From Octopus sinensis (lineage: Eukaryota), in assembly GCF_006345805.1 (NCBI RefSeq), contig NC_043015.1, positions 35,712,001 to 35,776,000 of the forward strand: a stretch of 64,000 nt of DNA, read 5' to 3'. The notes under the pieces were generated by a model. It saw only the letters and a program-made list of their open reading frames with translations. It was not told the origin of the DNA and did not search any database. Below, piece by piece: positions 1-14,300 of this stretch (position 1 is its first letter; every line of letters starts with the position of its first letter). The position numbers and the translations under genes are program-made.

Positions 1-1
1 G

Positions 2-830
2 TCTGGACGTTGTGCCACCACCAAGGAAAACATTGACCGTGTTCACCACATGGTGGCGGATGATTGATCAATAAATCAATTAGTCAACGCTAGTAGCATT
101 AATTGTGAGAGAGTTGAGAATATTCTGCTCAATGAACTTGGCATGATGAACATTTCTGCTCTGTATGTGCCATCTCCTCTGACAAAAGCACACCAAGCCG
201 ATCAAATCTTGGGAATGTCTGACATTGTTTGAGACAAATCCAGCTGATTTCCCAAGACAAGATGAACGTTGGCTTCACTTTGAGTCGGACTGAGAGGCAA
301 TCCATGCAGAGAAAACAGGTCATCTCACCTGTCCAAAGAAGGCCAAGGTCATTTCATCTGCAGGGACGGTGATGCCCTCAGTCTTCTCTAGATTCTAAAT
401 ACATTGTTTTCATTGACAAAAGGGCCACGCCATCAATGGAGAGTACTATATCAGCTTGCAGTTACGAAAGGCTATCAAGACCAAACGCCCAAGGAAACTG
501 CGAAAGATGTTTTGATTCCTTAGGACAATACTCGAGCACACAAATCTTTGGTTTCAATGGCTGCCTACTCTCCTGATTTGGCCCCATCTGACTATTATTT
601 GTTCCAAGTCATGAAAAAGACCCTTGACTGATAGCCAGTATCGCAGTGATGATGATGTCATATCTAATGTTGACGACATTTTTTCACCAGCAGAAGGAAA
701 GCTTCTTCACAAATGGCGTTGATGCGCTACAAAAAGCGATGGAAGAAATGTGTGGACCGCAAAAGGGGACTATGTTGAAAAATAAACCTCATTTGTTTAC
801 ATTCCATAACAGGATCCTGGTTTACAGTTG
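2..830 (+). mobile_element. Degenerate mariner (DD34D-type) transposase remnant, cut by the window start
   Basis: Translates with frameshifts to SGRCATTKENIDRVHHMV (from 2), PKKAKVISSAGTVMPSVF, GEYY, DNTRAHKS and YSPDLAPSDYYLF (566-604), the mariner catalytic-end motif. Confidence 0.9.
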
Positions 831-1574
831 AATATACAACTGGAGAAATGCGAAATAATGTGAAATTATCAAGAAGTTAACGCAAGGTCCACGAACCGAA
901 GTCAGGAACTGATGACCACCAAACAAACACACGTAGTCACTATGGCCACTAGAATTCTTTATTTTAGATGCTCGTTTATCGTACTTCGGAGAAAATAACA
1001 ATTATTTTGATCTGTTACAGAAGTTTTTTTGGCAGATCGATCAATCGAAACATTCAAACCCTTCCCTCGAGATCGGTAAAATATAATTGTGATTATGCAA
1101 TGGTCATGCATTTTTCTAATACATTATCTCGACAAGTAAATTGGAGAATGGGGGAAAACTATATCGATTCTCGTCAGAAACTTACCTATTCAACAGCAAT
1201 CCTTTACGGTGGTATCGAGAGTAAAATATCGAATTATGTAATAATGACACACAACAGATTCTGGGATGTCGATAAGAGTAATTAGATTATGAAAGAAACT
1301 GGTATATAACCGGATAAAGACCGAAACACGTACTATATCATTTCCATACACATCCATCTAGCCATACACTCGACAAATTTAATACATGGATGCATTGAGA
1401 GATATGCACCGATTTTATAATCTGTATTCACTCACATATAAACAGATCATTTACGAATTACATACCCACATGCACACCACAAAAGCAACCGTACATACAC
1501 ACATATTTCTATATGTACATATATTTGTAAATCACAGATGCATATGTGATTACATGCATCCATCAGGCTATAGC

Positions 1575-1960
1575 TTGCTTCCCAACAACATGGTTCCGGG
1601 TTCAGTCTCACGGCATGGTACCTTGAGCAAGTGTTTTCTAATCTATCCTCTTGGCCCACCAATCCTTGTGAATTTGTAGACAGAAATTGAAAAAGGCTTG
1701 TCGTATAAACATATATGTATATGTGCGTGTGTATGTGTGTTTGTGTGTGTGCGTTCGCACGTCTTTAGGTTTCTGCGAATGTCTTCCAACCGGTGTTGGT
1801 GTATTTACTCCCCTGTAACTTAGAATTTCGGCAAAACAGAGTGAAAGAGCAAGTACCAGGCTTAAAATGGAAACAATTGCCGATTCCATTCATCCAACAA
1901 AAAGTTCTGCAAGGCGGTACTCTGCAGAATGGCTTCAGAATAATGACCCAGTCTAGGAAA
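1575..1960 (+). mobile_element. tRNA-derived SINE, diverged copy of the family at 20122
   Basis: atggttccgggttcagtc...accttgagcaagtgt head, internal (TG)n spacer, and gtgtatttactcccctgtaacttag...ttcggcaaaa body, all alignable to 20122-20546. Confidence 0.75.
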
Positions 1961-2016
1961 AGCTAAATGCTAAAAGACATGTGTGTGTTTATATATAAAT
2001 ATATATGTGTATATAT

Positions 2017-2093
<77 letters not shown>

Positions 2094-2289
2094 CATGTAT
2101 GTATGTATGTATGTATGTGTGCATGTGTGTATATATGTATGTAGGGGATTTTGTGCTTGTGTGTATACGTGTGTATATATATAATGTGCATCAATACACC
2201 CTTTCACAATTACCAAACATATTTCATATCTTTTCTCGCTTCTCGAGTGTTGGGACTTCGAAGTCTTTTTGTTAACAAATACTGAAATG

Positions 2290-2545
2290 AACATCATTAT
2301 CATTGTTGCTTGTTATTAAAGCGTCGAGCCGACAGCATTGTTCGCACGCCGAACAAAATACTTAGCCGCATTTAGTCCGTCTTTTCATTTTGAATTCCAA
2401 TAATATCTAAGTCAATTTTGCATTTTATATTTTCGGGGTGAAGGGTCGATAAAATAAGTACCAGTTAAGCACTGAGGTCTGAAACATTCGACTGACCCCC
2501 CCCTCCCGCATTATTTCACGCCTTCTAACTATAGGAGAAGTCATT
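2290..2545 (+). mobile_element. SINE, second family (gggtcgataaaataagtaccag central domain)
   Basis: Contains gggtcgataaaataagtaccagttaagcactg, a conserved central block of many metazoan SINEs. A related copy lies at 61190-61520. Confidence 0.6.
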
Positions 2546-2853
2546 ATTAAGGCACCGAACTGGCCAAACTTCCTAACGACATGTTGTCCGCCGTTCGGGG
2601 AAGAATCCATCTCATCCACGAGACCAGCTCTACTAAAATCTTTAAACTTGTGTCTATCTTTGAAATCATTATTATTATTATTAATAACATTATCGTGAAT
2701 ACCATTATTTTTCCTGTTAGCATTATTATTATTATTTCATTAACTATTATTATTGTTTTTAATATAACTATTATTTTTGCAACTAATACGTCTACTACTA
2801 TTATCATATTTACTACGGATGTTGGTACCGTGACTACAACTGCTGCTGCTGCT

Positions 2854-2909
<56 letters not shown>

Positions 2910-2921
2910 ATAATAATAATA

Positions 2922-2959
<38 letters not shown>

Positions 2960-3139
2960 TTGGACAGTGATGCTATGTAAACATGTTTTTAAGCTTAACG
3001 ATCGAATTAGGAATTTTATGAAATCCTGTGAACACGAAGTTAAAAAAAGAAAAAAAAATATTGAATATCGAAAACAAGTTCTATTGGTTAACACGCATTG
3101 TACCTTCATAGACACATAGACACACACATTTATATATAC

Positions 3140-3198
<59 letters not shown>

Positions 3199-4239
3199 TA
3201 GATAGATAGATGGATGGATGGATGGATAGATGGATAGACAGACAGACAGACAGACAGATAGATAGAAACATACATACATACATATATACATACATACAAA
3301 CATAGATGGATGGATAGATAGATAGATAGATAGATGTGTTTCTTTAATGGCCACACAGGGCTAAACATACAGGGGACAAAACACAAAGTAGAGCTCTTCT
3401 TTTTGGGAAGAAAAAAAAAAGAAAAAAGGATGCCGATCAATAGGGATCGATGTACTTAAATTGAGTCACCTAGCTGGTTCGGTATAATCTGCAAACCCGA
3501 ACAATATTATTTGAATATTGAATATCAAGACTCCGTGTAGGGATATTTGTACTCGATATTACTGCAGGAAAAGCAACCCAGCTAAGTGAGATATTCGCTC
3601 TTGGTAATTCAGACAAATACTTTTTATAAAGGAACTTTCTATAGTATTTCAAAAGTGCCGATTCCATGTTAGGTGAACAGAATATAAATAAGTAACAAAT
3701 ATGTACAGGTGTAAATTCATGAAGGTTGCTTCAAGCGGTGCTATTTAATTCAATAATGAAAACATTTAATCAATATGAATGAAACCGTTCTCGCCAGAGA
3801 CCGCACATACTTCAAACATAAAGGCTAACACATGTTTCAACAAATTTACATCAATCATGGAAACCCAAATATTTACATTGTTTCATTTTGTTATATGAGT
3901 GTGAGAATGAGTTTAGAAAATAATTCATACCTAGTTAAGCCTCCTGTAATTTGAGGAGTAGCAGGGAGTATAGTGGAGGTGGGGCAAGATAAAAGGGGTG
4001 GTTACGTACTTACTTATGAAAGACTTTCTGTGGTATGTAGTCTTCAACCATTTAGAATTAAATCTATCGGGAGTTGTCAACTGCATTCTAGTTAATGGTG
4101 ATCAATCGATACTGGAAAAGTTACCCGTCTCATGAGGATTCATACTGTGTATCAAAATGCCGACATCATGACTGTTTCTTAATGCTTTCTGATATGGACA
4201 ACTGCAATGGAAAGTTGGAAGTCGTGGCCAGCATGAACA

Positions 4240-4660
4240 TACTCAGCTGGTGTTTCGATTGCGTTCGCATGCCGGAATTCATACCGGATATTCGAGCAGG
4301 GCCTTAGCCTCAATAATGATGGCTAAGAGAAGCTACTGAAAATGTGATTAATCCCTGGAGTGGGATGGGTCTTGCTGGTTGGTCATATGCGGGGCAGCAG
4401 GATTCACGTCCTTATCAAAACTCCGAAAAGTGTCAGAAGTAGTTGTCGGAGAATTCCTTCGAGTCCAGACCCAATTTCTGATCTAATTCTCCCGATTGTA
4501 ATCTCATGGACTACTTTGTGAAGGGGACGGGTGAGAAACACACCAACCGCTTCAACACCAATGCCAAGCTGATGGCCAACATCTTCGACCAAGGTGTTCG
4601 AAGATCATTCCAGTGCGAAACGCGCCAGTTTCTGGAGTTATCTTGAAACCGTATTGATAT
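4240..4660 (+). mobile_element. Degenerate DD37D (maT/Bmmar1-like) transposase remnant
   Basis: Frameshifted translation IFEQGLSLN...QQDS...SENSF...SNSPDCNLMDYFVKG...EKHTNR matches the QQD...NSPDxNPxDY catalytic region. Confidence 0.7.
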
Positions 4661-5782
4661 GTTTTAATTTTTATAAAATATATTGATTTCTAGATAAGAT
4701 ATTGTTTTCTTTTCAGGAAAAGTGTCAACTGTAGCTCAAACAGACTGTATGTGTGTGGGTATGTCTATATATGTGTGTTCGTGTACCTATATATATATAT
4801 ATACTTATGTAGAAGTGAGTTTGGAAGGATATATTATGCAGGCGGGTACCGTGTTAGCTTTCATTTATGTACTTTTTAACGGCGAACCACAACGATCAGT
4901 ATTCAACGTCTGTGACTACAGTTTGCTGTTAGTCACTCTAGGAATTCATCCGATGGGTAATTACGTGTACGCTTCGCTGGACGGTAAATGTTGTCTGGGG
5001 TATATATTATTATTAATAATAAAGAGGGTGGAGATGTGTACATCCGCACAATTTATTCTATAGTAACGTGTTATACACACACACACACACACACACACAC
5101 TCGCTACGCGTACACATACACACACACACTGCATAACACACATGGACTAGCAAAAGCCAAGAGATGAAGATAAGTAGACTAAGCAGGATTAGAAAGGGAA
5201 ACATACTGATTGGTTAATTAATCAAACGACTAATCATGCAGTCGATTAGAGAATCGTTTAATCCTTGAAATAGTTGATTAATAATTATAGAAATAAGTGA
5301 AGAAGAACCAGAGTGTGTTGGCACCATGATCGTTCGTATGCGTTTACATACACACACATTCATACACACACACATACATACACACACATATATATTATGT
5401 GTTTCGAGGGACCAATATCAGCAGGTTAGAGATTATTTACTTTTCCAAGGCGTTTAAAAGACAAAGATTCAAACAATTCTCACAAAAGCGACGCAAATTC
5501 GTAGACATTTTAACCTCTAACCCATTTTCCTGCTGATTGCATTTGTGTAAAGAAAAGCAACGTGATATGGAGTATGAGGGTTTAAGGACACAAGAAGCCT
5601 TTTGGTCCAAGAACCGAACCCACAACCATGTGATCGTGATCCCAACTCCTTAACCACCATACATTGTTTAGGATCTCTAAGAGTCACCCTTTCGTGGAAT
5701 GGAACTCATGACCATACGATCCTGATCGCAACAACTTAATCCCTCGCTCACGTGGATGCTTCAAATGCATACGCCCGCGCGT

Positions 5783-5818
<36 letters not shown>

Positions 5819-7019
5819 TTTCAGCGGGTTAGGCTATTTGCTAAAGGTCACCCTCAATGGGTACATGAATATGAGTAGCATGAGAGTTGGACTTTGACAG
5901 CTGACTTTCAAATGAGGTTAATCAACGTTGCGATTTCACACTGGAATACAATGGAAGAGATGTGAATGATTAGATTAAAATAGAACAGAATAATGAAAAT
6001 GAATTCGATAAAAGAGAATGCTGGAATTTCTACATATTTATTAATGTTAGCAAATCTAGCCTGAGGGATTTAAATATGAAATAATTTATTTAGAAATAAA
6101 TGAATTTCGTGTGTTATTTGATATTACAATGAATATATTAGCATTTAGTATATTCAGGCTCCTATGGTGTATTCTAATGTATTACGTATGCACAAAGCCC
6201 AGTGGTCCTAGAGTTTGGGGTAGTGTACTCAGGAACAAAATATCGTGGTTTCGATTCCGGCAGCTGGTGACACTTTGTGCTGTTGAAAGAAAAGAAATCA
6301 AGTGGCTCCTACACATTCAGATGTCAATTACTAACCCTACAACAAACTTGCGGCTCTTTTGAGAGCAATGTGGTGATTGCGATGACTTATACGTCATGCG
6401 AGTCTCCATGAGTCATGGCCTTGAATCCAGTAAGGACAATTGCAGTACGTGGCCGCGTGTACAGGACATTGTAATCACAAAAGCAAGATTGTGATTGCCC
6501 TATGGATCCATAGACCGGACAGCGCGTTGTGTTCTTGAGCAAAACATTTTATTTTCACGCTGCAACGGTCAAGTGTCAGCCCCTTCGGAGAGAGGGGTAT
6601 ATTTTAATGTCGATCGTGTATACGACATGAAAAATTGACCTTAAAAATCCTAGTTCAGGCGACAGAAATGTCAAGGAAGCATACTTTAGATCTGTATGTA
6701 TGTACAATTGGTTCTGATCGTACCTTTAAATGAAAACAAAACCTTCTTAGACAAAAAAAAAGCAGGCTTTACTAACACTGTAGAAAATAAACTCAGTTAT
6801 CCTAGAAGAAACTGATAAAGGTGAGGCGATAGAAAAGACTGATGCAAAGAGAAAATAATGAAACATCTAACAGACCAAACCCCGTAGATTCTTGCTAATG
6901 TACAAGAATTCCCAGAAAATCTATAGAGACACTGGATTCATGATCTTTCCATTCTACAAATGGTGGCACGGAATATCGAAAGGCAAAAGAACTACATTTT
7001 ATAAGAACTTATTTCTTAC

Positions 7020-7560
7020 CTAAACGTTTGGTACCATCACTTTATCTCCGGGAAGACGAAGCTCCGAACCAATAGTGCATCGACCCTCTCCATTCTCCCC
7101 TGTGGAGAAGAAACGTGGCCCTTCTCCAAGAACTTGGCAAAAAAGAACGACGGCAACGATAACAGATAGCTTAGACCCAACGGGAACATAAGATTGTACC
7201 ATGGTGTTTCCAACAAATAATTGCGAGTGCGCATGCATCAGCGTGCAGCCTCCCATCTCACAGCTCGCCGTCGTAAGGTGTTTTACAGACGTGTCCTTCG
7301 TCTCCTGCTAGATCATCCTAATACGGATATATTCTCTGTCGATGCAGCAGCTGCTGGCTGGAAGATACCTCAAAGCAGGACCCACACCTGATGGGTAGAC
7401 GTGATTGGATGAGAAATTGATGTCACCCTGGAGGATGCAGAAAGACCAGCATTCGACTGTCGGTGAAGAAGTGTACTGGTGGACATGGTCAGCTCTACGT
7501 CTGATGACATCTTTGCAACCATTGACCTCGGAGGAACCCATCCCCATCAAGTAATCAAGC
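7020..7560 (-). mobile_element. Highly degenerate RTE-clade LINE reverse-transcriptase fragment
   Basis: Minus-strand motifs occur in RTE order and spacing: G.P(gggttcctccg), ILQGD about 41 codons later, QQLLHR, then frameshifted L(Y)GSE. Confidence 0.45.
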
Positions 7561-7569
7561 AAAAGCATG

Positions 7570-7815
7570 AGGCACGCACAGGAGTTCGAATCTTGCACTG
7601 GGCTGCGTGTTGTGTTCTTGGCCAAGACACTATTTGACATTGCTCCAGTTAACTCAGCTGTAGAAATGAGTTACAACGTCACTGGTGCGAAGCTGTATCG
7701 GCCTGAGCCTTTCCCTGGTATGCATGGCCGATGCTGGTCTTCCATAAACGAACTTGACACGACCTATGCATCGGAGGGTAAATTTCTAGTTGCAATCCCA
7801 TTGTCATTCATGTAT
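7570..7815 (+). mobile_element. SINE, third family
   Basis: gttcgaatc B-box-like motif followed by gtgttgtgttcttggccaagacact...ttgctccagttaactcagctgtagaaatgagtt CORE-like block, ending at a (TA)/(CA) tract. Confidence 0.55.
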
Positions 7816-7885
7816 ATATATATACACTCACGCACATACACCACGCTCTCGCGTTATTGTTTTTTCCTGTTTTTCTACTTTCGAT

Positions 7886-7972
<87 letters not shown>

Positions 7973-8068
7973 AACACGTGATTTTTTCACTAAAATGGTC
8001 TCATTACTAAAATAACTTGAGAAATTCAATTCACTTAAGTCACCAATACAACACAGAACCACACACAC

Positions 8069-8112
<44 letters not shown>

Positions 8113-8904
8113 ACGTGCATATACACTCAAATACAAACACACACTTTACTACGTCCCTTCCAAAACAATTTTGACAGAATCTATTTTCCACAGCTGAACA
8201 ACATCAATTAACTCAGCAGCGACCAAAACAAAAGTGACATCTTCAATTGTCATTCACTTCAACCATCCCAGAAAAAAGATCACTTTCTATAAAGCTGGAT
8301 ACCATGGCAACAAATCATAGGTATACAATATGATTTCCACTATTCCAGACAAAAAATCCTTTTCTCTCTTTCTTCCTTTTCTCTTTCTTTATTTCTTTTT
8401 TCTTCATTTCATTCATTTTTGCCTTTTTTTATTCCTTCTTTTCCCTCTCCACAAATTCACCACAGACATACATACATACACATGCACACATCACACGTAC
8501 ACACTCACAGTTGCACACACACACATACACACATACATACATACATACATACACACATACATACACACATACATACATACATACACACATACGTGTACAG
8601 TTGTGGAAATTACCAGCCCAGAAGATGTTAACATAAAGCTGAAGATCAGTGAAAAAGAGAATACTGTGAACTATTGCGAAATGTGCAGTTATTCTATCCA
8701 GGTTACAAGTTAAGGCTTCAACCTATACTTATTATTATGGCCCTGGGATAGGTAACACTCTGCCTAAATGTCACTCTTGAGAAATTAGGCTTCTCAAAAC
8801 CAGAAAAGAGAGAGCTAATTTGAAGATCACAGATCCATCCTATCACATCGTCGCAAGATAACTCTCCATTAACAGTCTGGGCCCGGGGGAACGAATTCTC
8901 CACT

Positions 8905-9413
8905 TTGTCGCTTACATTAAGCTCCTGGAAATAATTGTTAAGCCCTGGATAGACAGTGTGTGCAATGGAAGGCCATATGTGTTTCAGTAAGACTCTACAC
9001 TATCACATATGGCTCTAGTAACACAGGAATGAATGGCTGAAAATGTTCACTATCACATAACCCCTAACATTCTAATTCCCCAGATCTCAATCCATTGGGA
9101 TTTTTATTACATGTGGAGCGTTGATGAGAGAGAGGTCAATTAACACGCCCATAACACGGAAGATTCTTTGAAAGCTGCCAAAGTCAGAGTAATGTCCAAA
9201 ATGAACCAAGACCACTTGATTCGAGCATGTAGATGATTTAGATCTCATATAAAAGCAGTTGTTGAAGCGGAAGATATTTTTATTGAATAACATTATAGAA
9301 AAGGTATATTTTCATCCTCATAGCATTTTTTTGATAAATAAAGTTATTATTTAATGTTATATAGCTGTTTTTTTATAAACATAAATCTGTCCTCAAATAT
9401 CTTACGCACCCTG
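8905..9413 (+). mobile_element. DD37D (maT) transposon 3' half with right TIR
   Basis: YIKLLEIIVKPWIDSVCNGRPYVFQ*DS...AENVH...NSPDLN. Ends in tatcttacgcaccctg followed by TA, the same TIR as 37456-38111. Confidence 0.88.
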
Positions 9414-10447
9414 TATATATGTGTGTATGTTTGTGTGTGTGTGTGTGTTAGTGTGTGTGCGTGCGTGTTTGTACATACACACGCACAAATTGCAAGGGAA
9501 CAGATATTACATAATCTACATCATTACAACAGTGTATGTATTTAGTCAAATAATCTTGCACTTTTATTTAGACGTCCCGAGGAAGCTATATAAGATGGTG
9601 CACAGGCACACATCTCCGCGCATCTTTAAGCCGTAACAGCGGCAAGAGAAACATGGTAACTGCGTAAGTGCTGTTGTCGTTTCATTTATTTAATTTCAGT
9701 TTGCTCTCTGTACTTGCCTCAGTCTTTTCTTATGAAGTTTACATATGCTGAGTTCCAACGCGAGGTTATCGATATTGCTATATCTAAGTCAAATCTGAAA
9801 ATAAGTGTTGAATGAAGAGAAAAAAATAATGGTTTAATAGTAAAATTTGATGACTTCGTACATAGACACGAACCAAAACTATTCAACCGCAAGACTACAT
9901 AGAAGCAACTCCTGCTCAGTCTACCATTCGACAGATTAAATTCACAGAACCATAGCTTGGAACCTGTAAAAATTTCGAAGATTACTACTACTGCATTTGA
10001 CAGGTAAAATTCAGACAGCCTTGGCTGTTAGGGATCGTCATTAAACATTTTCACTCAACCGTGACAGCTTTAACAAACGGCACCAAACATATTCACGCAT
10101 GAAAAAACGGACGTAGCGGAGAAATTACAAAGCTTTCTAAACCTGATCCCGTGATCATCCTCGACTAATCAAAACGAATCCAGAACAGATACTAATTTGA
10201 CCTCGCTATAAAAACAAAATAAGTTTTGAAGTCCAATGGAAAGCAAGACAATTGCAGAATACCTCCATGTCTTTCTCTCTCAACTTTAGAAAATCAGAGA
10301 AATCAGTGGAACCGGCTAAGTCTTGAAGATTTTAAAACAATAATTGTATGTATATTATATGTGTTTATATATGTATTTACGTGTGTGCATATTAATATAA
10401 ATTTAACTATAATTTTCATAAATGTTTTTTCCATGAGTTGTTTATTC

Positions 10448-10685
10448 GGTCAAACTAAAGCGTTTGACCCGGCCATAAAAAAAAAAAATGTGTAATAGGT
10501 TTTTGTGCCCGGGTCAGACACTCAGACGCTTTCGGAAATTCACTATGTGAATTTTCCGAGGCCTCTCCCCCACCCACTTTCGCGAGCGCGCATTTTTTTT
10601 ATCATATTCGTTTAGAGGAAGTTGTTTTACACCTATTACGCTTTTTTTTTGTTTTTATGACCGGGTCAAACACTTTGGTTTGACC
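10448..10685. mobile_element. MITE with ~50 bp TIRs starting GGTCAAAC and 8-bp TSD (Merlin-like)
   Basis: Left ggtcaaactaaagcgtttgacccggccataaaaa...gtaataggt mirrors right acctattac...tttttatgaccgggtcaaacactttggtttgacc. gtttattc is duplicated at 10440-10447 and 10686-10693. GG termini with an 8-bp TSD are typical of Merlin. Confidence 0.8.
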
Positions 10686-11282
10686 GTTTATTCTGTAGAT
10701 AATGCGAGATTCGATGCTAGTCAATGTAAAACCTTGTAAAATCATTCGGCGATTCTTCCATAAGTACTTTGGCACGTATGCTGAAGATTATTCTTCACCG
10801 ATAAGCTCAGAAGAAGCCAGCTATATGTCCAGTTTCCTCCTCTACAGAGAGCAAGAGAAAAAAATTACCACATTGATTAATATTGTTTTCCTTATAGACA
10901 CTTTTTACATTCCCACATAATTATTTTAACTTTGATTTTAATACGCTCTAAAATAATTTAATCTATAATAACTTTCAAATATACTTTTGAGACGAATGGA
11001 CGGATTTATTCAAATTTAAGTGTACGCGCCCGTATGTAATTAAAATGTCTGGTCTTTCTATTTAGCGGTTTCAGTTCTTACGAATGGAACCATCCATATG
11101 TTGGTTACCAATTCATCAACTGCCTTCTTATGCTTGTTATTATTATCTTTTTTTAGTTATTTTCTCTGAATATCGAACAAATGTCTAAATAACATTTTCA
11201 TGTTTATTTTGCATATTGGACAGCAAAGTTGTATAAAGACTTAATAAACATATCTTTCATTATTATTATTAATATTCACCAA

Positions 11283-11371
<89 letters not shown>

Positions 11372-14300
11372 TATTATTATTGTAACTGAAGATGAAATTT
11401 TTATTACAATTGTTTTTCGAGATTTGTTTGCTTTTCATTTTTATATTTTTAAAATATTTATTATTGTTTATTTTATTCTTTTTATATTTGCGAAACAAAG
11501 AAAAATGAAATTGAATTTTTTTCTTGTAGGAAATTTAAACAAAGGCTGAAAAAAATATATAATTAAAAAATTCTAGCAATCAACAGTAACACAGCTTCAA
11601 TAACAACAACAATAACAAACAATCATTTATTAATAGTTCCTATTATTTTACTAGTGTTTTCTATAATTGACTAAGAAGTTAAGGAGGGTCGGCGATGGAC
11701 GTTTTAACGTTCTTTTGTTCCAAGTGGGTTTTATTTCCTATTAAATTCAGTTCGGCGTTTTCTTTGTGTGCATGAGTGTATACATTAGTGTGAATATATG
11801 TGTATGTGTGTGTGTGTATGTGCACATGTGTGTCTTTCTGTATCTATTGTTTAATATATGAGTGGAGATATGTGTATATGTTTGTGTGTGTGTGCATGTA
11901 ATTGTTTGTATATGTCTATCTGTGTGTATGTATGCGTGTATACATGTGCGAGTAGGTGCGCGCGTGTCTGAAATGTTCTGTATGTGTGAATATATATCTA
12001 TATGTATTTCGTGTATATGCATATGTATGTATGCTCGTGTCTATGCGTGTATGTAAGTGAATTTGTGTATGTATATGTATAGGTGTGTACGGGCATGTGT
12101 GTGTGCGTGTAGATTTGCCATATTGACTATTTTACAACAAAAGAATTTCCAATCATCAAATATTTACTTGTTTTTGTTTCTTTCTTGTTCTTTTTTTTTA
12201 ATAACCTGACACTCAATGCGAGGAATTGTTCAAGAGTAAATTTAACAATAAATTGAGTTCCGTATTGTTTACTAACGAAATGTGTTTGCGTTTGTCTGTT
12301 GTATTCATTGCTATCGATTTTTTTTTCTGTGTGTGTCTGTGCGTGAGTGTTTTTGATAGTTAAAAAAAAAATAATGATATGCTGTGTACGTGAGTGTTAT
12401 AGAGAAGCTGGTTAGCTGATTGGTTATTCTAGCTATCGTCAAATCAAATCAGCCAATAGCTATTGCTTTTAATTTTTTTTAAGTTCCCTCTTCTGACGGT
12501 TTCTATTTCTCTGACATTTTTTTTCCTTTAATTTCCAGAAAGCTGTTCAAAATATTCGCTAAAAAATGGTCTTCGATTCGCTATCGATACACTGCATGTT
12601 AGAATGCGGCACCCGCTAAGAGCACGAATATGTAAGAAGTTGATGACGCAGAAGAACCCAATATAGAAAGTTCTCCGAAGCCGTGATAGAAAGATATGTG
12701 GCATATCTGGGTATTCTCGTCAGAATAAAAGACTTGTGGACGGCCTCCGTAGAAGGAATTGGGACCCTAACATTTACATAATTTCACCCGTAGTAAATCG
12801 CGGATCTTAGATTCCATGAATGAAGATCCTTGAAATTTTTCATGGTGAGAGCAAACGACACTTATCGATCGACACTGCAAATCAAGTTAATACCGCTCAA
12901 ATGACACATCGTATTCTCTGTGGAGTAAAACTCTCTATGTAGGGTAAGTGAGAACGACAAAACCAAGACCATACGAAGGTTACATTAAAAATCATCTTAT
13001 AATGAGAACCCTAAATACTTTTCTTACACTCTAACAACAAGCAAATGACGTTTCCGCACGTCTTTTAAATATCCACAAATGCCACACAAACACACGTCTT
13101 CCTTCTATACACTAATGCGATGCTTATGTCAATAGCAACTCGCACTAACAAACTATGACATTCGTTTGTCCATTTGTTCTTCATTTTAGAAACGTCTTGT
13201 GTGTTATTATGTATGTAGTTTCTAGGTATATTATAGCTCAAACCTCCTATGGGGTGCAGAGCACTGTTTTGTGCAATGTGAGTGGGTTGTCGTAATGTTT
13301 GGACTCTCAGGTAGGTTAGGTATAGTTCATAGTAAATGAATTTTTGTGCATGATCATTGTTATTAATTTCTATGGGCCAACTGTAGTATCCGTGCTTGTT
13401 CTATGTAGGGTTGTACTTTGCTCCGCTTCGTTCAGTACGAGGAATGTTGGGAAATAATTAAACGTAACTCCAACATTTTTGTTTTCTGTATTTTTAAGCT
13501 GATGAGTATGATTACTAAGATTATCAGTGTTACTGTTCTATTTAGCATGGGAAGAGTTGATAAGCAGTGTCTGAAGAATGGTTGAAGATGAGTAACCCAT
13601 GTATGTCGCAATTTGTACATTTTAAAGAGGTGTAAAAATGTGCAGATATTCATTCGACAGACTTGTGAGAGAACGGGGCCCTGATGTACGTCTTTCTCAA
13701 AATAATGTTATTGGGAACTCCATAGATTTGGCAACATTGCGATCTTTTTACAAACAGGCATTTTTATTATTTTGTAATATTTTTCGTTTTAGCATAAGTT
13801 AATAGTTGGAAATTATCTGTCAAATGTCAATGATTATTAAAATTGCATTTATGAGATGACCTGACTTTTGAAATCATCGTATATTTTATGTGCCGAGTTA
13901 ATAAGTAAAACGGTGATTAAGTGTAATTATGTGAATCCATATTGAGGCTCAGAAAGTGGAGAGAGGCGGCGAAAGAGCGAGAAGATGGGAGTGACATAGT
14001 GTAAGGCTTTTGGTCAGAATTAGCTTCTCTTGTGTTATTGAGAGCATCCATCGAAGGGTGATTAATCAGTGTTATGTTGCTTTACATCCCTTTAAATTTT
14101 GAGGAATTCAAACTTGCAATTATCTTTTTCCAGCTTCCAGATTCTAACGTTTAGATAAGAGGAGTGGAAGATACTGGTGAGTGCAATGATTCCTTCAGGC
14201 CTTCTGTGTTTCAGAGCCACGTGACACTGTCAGACTCTGAGGCACTTGATTTTTTAGATTTCGATATCGATTTCTGGTTTTCTGATAGATGGTGCTTTTC

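Noticed and set aside
3465-3570. Acceptor-like cttttcctgcAG and donor-like AG|GTGAC on the minus strand
   Set aside because: All frames between them contain stops, and such motifs arise by chance.
7015-7256. Consensus donor AG|GTAAGA at 7020/7019 after a 78-aa minus-strand ORF
   Set aside because: The region is better explained as a decayed RTE RT fragment. No acceptor or recognisable host protein supports an exon, although exonisation cannot be excluded.
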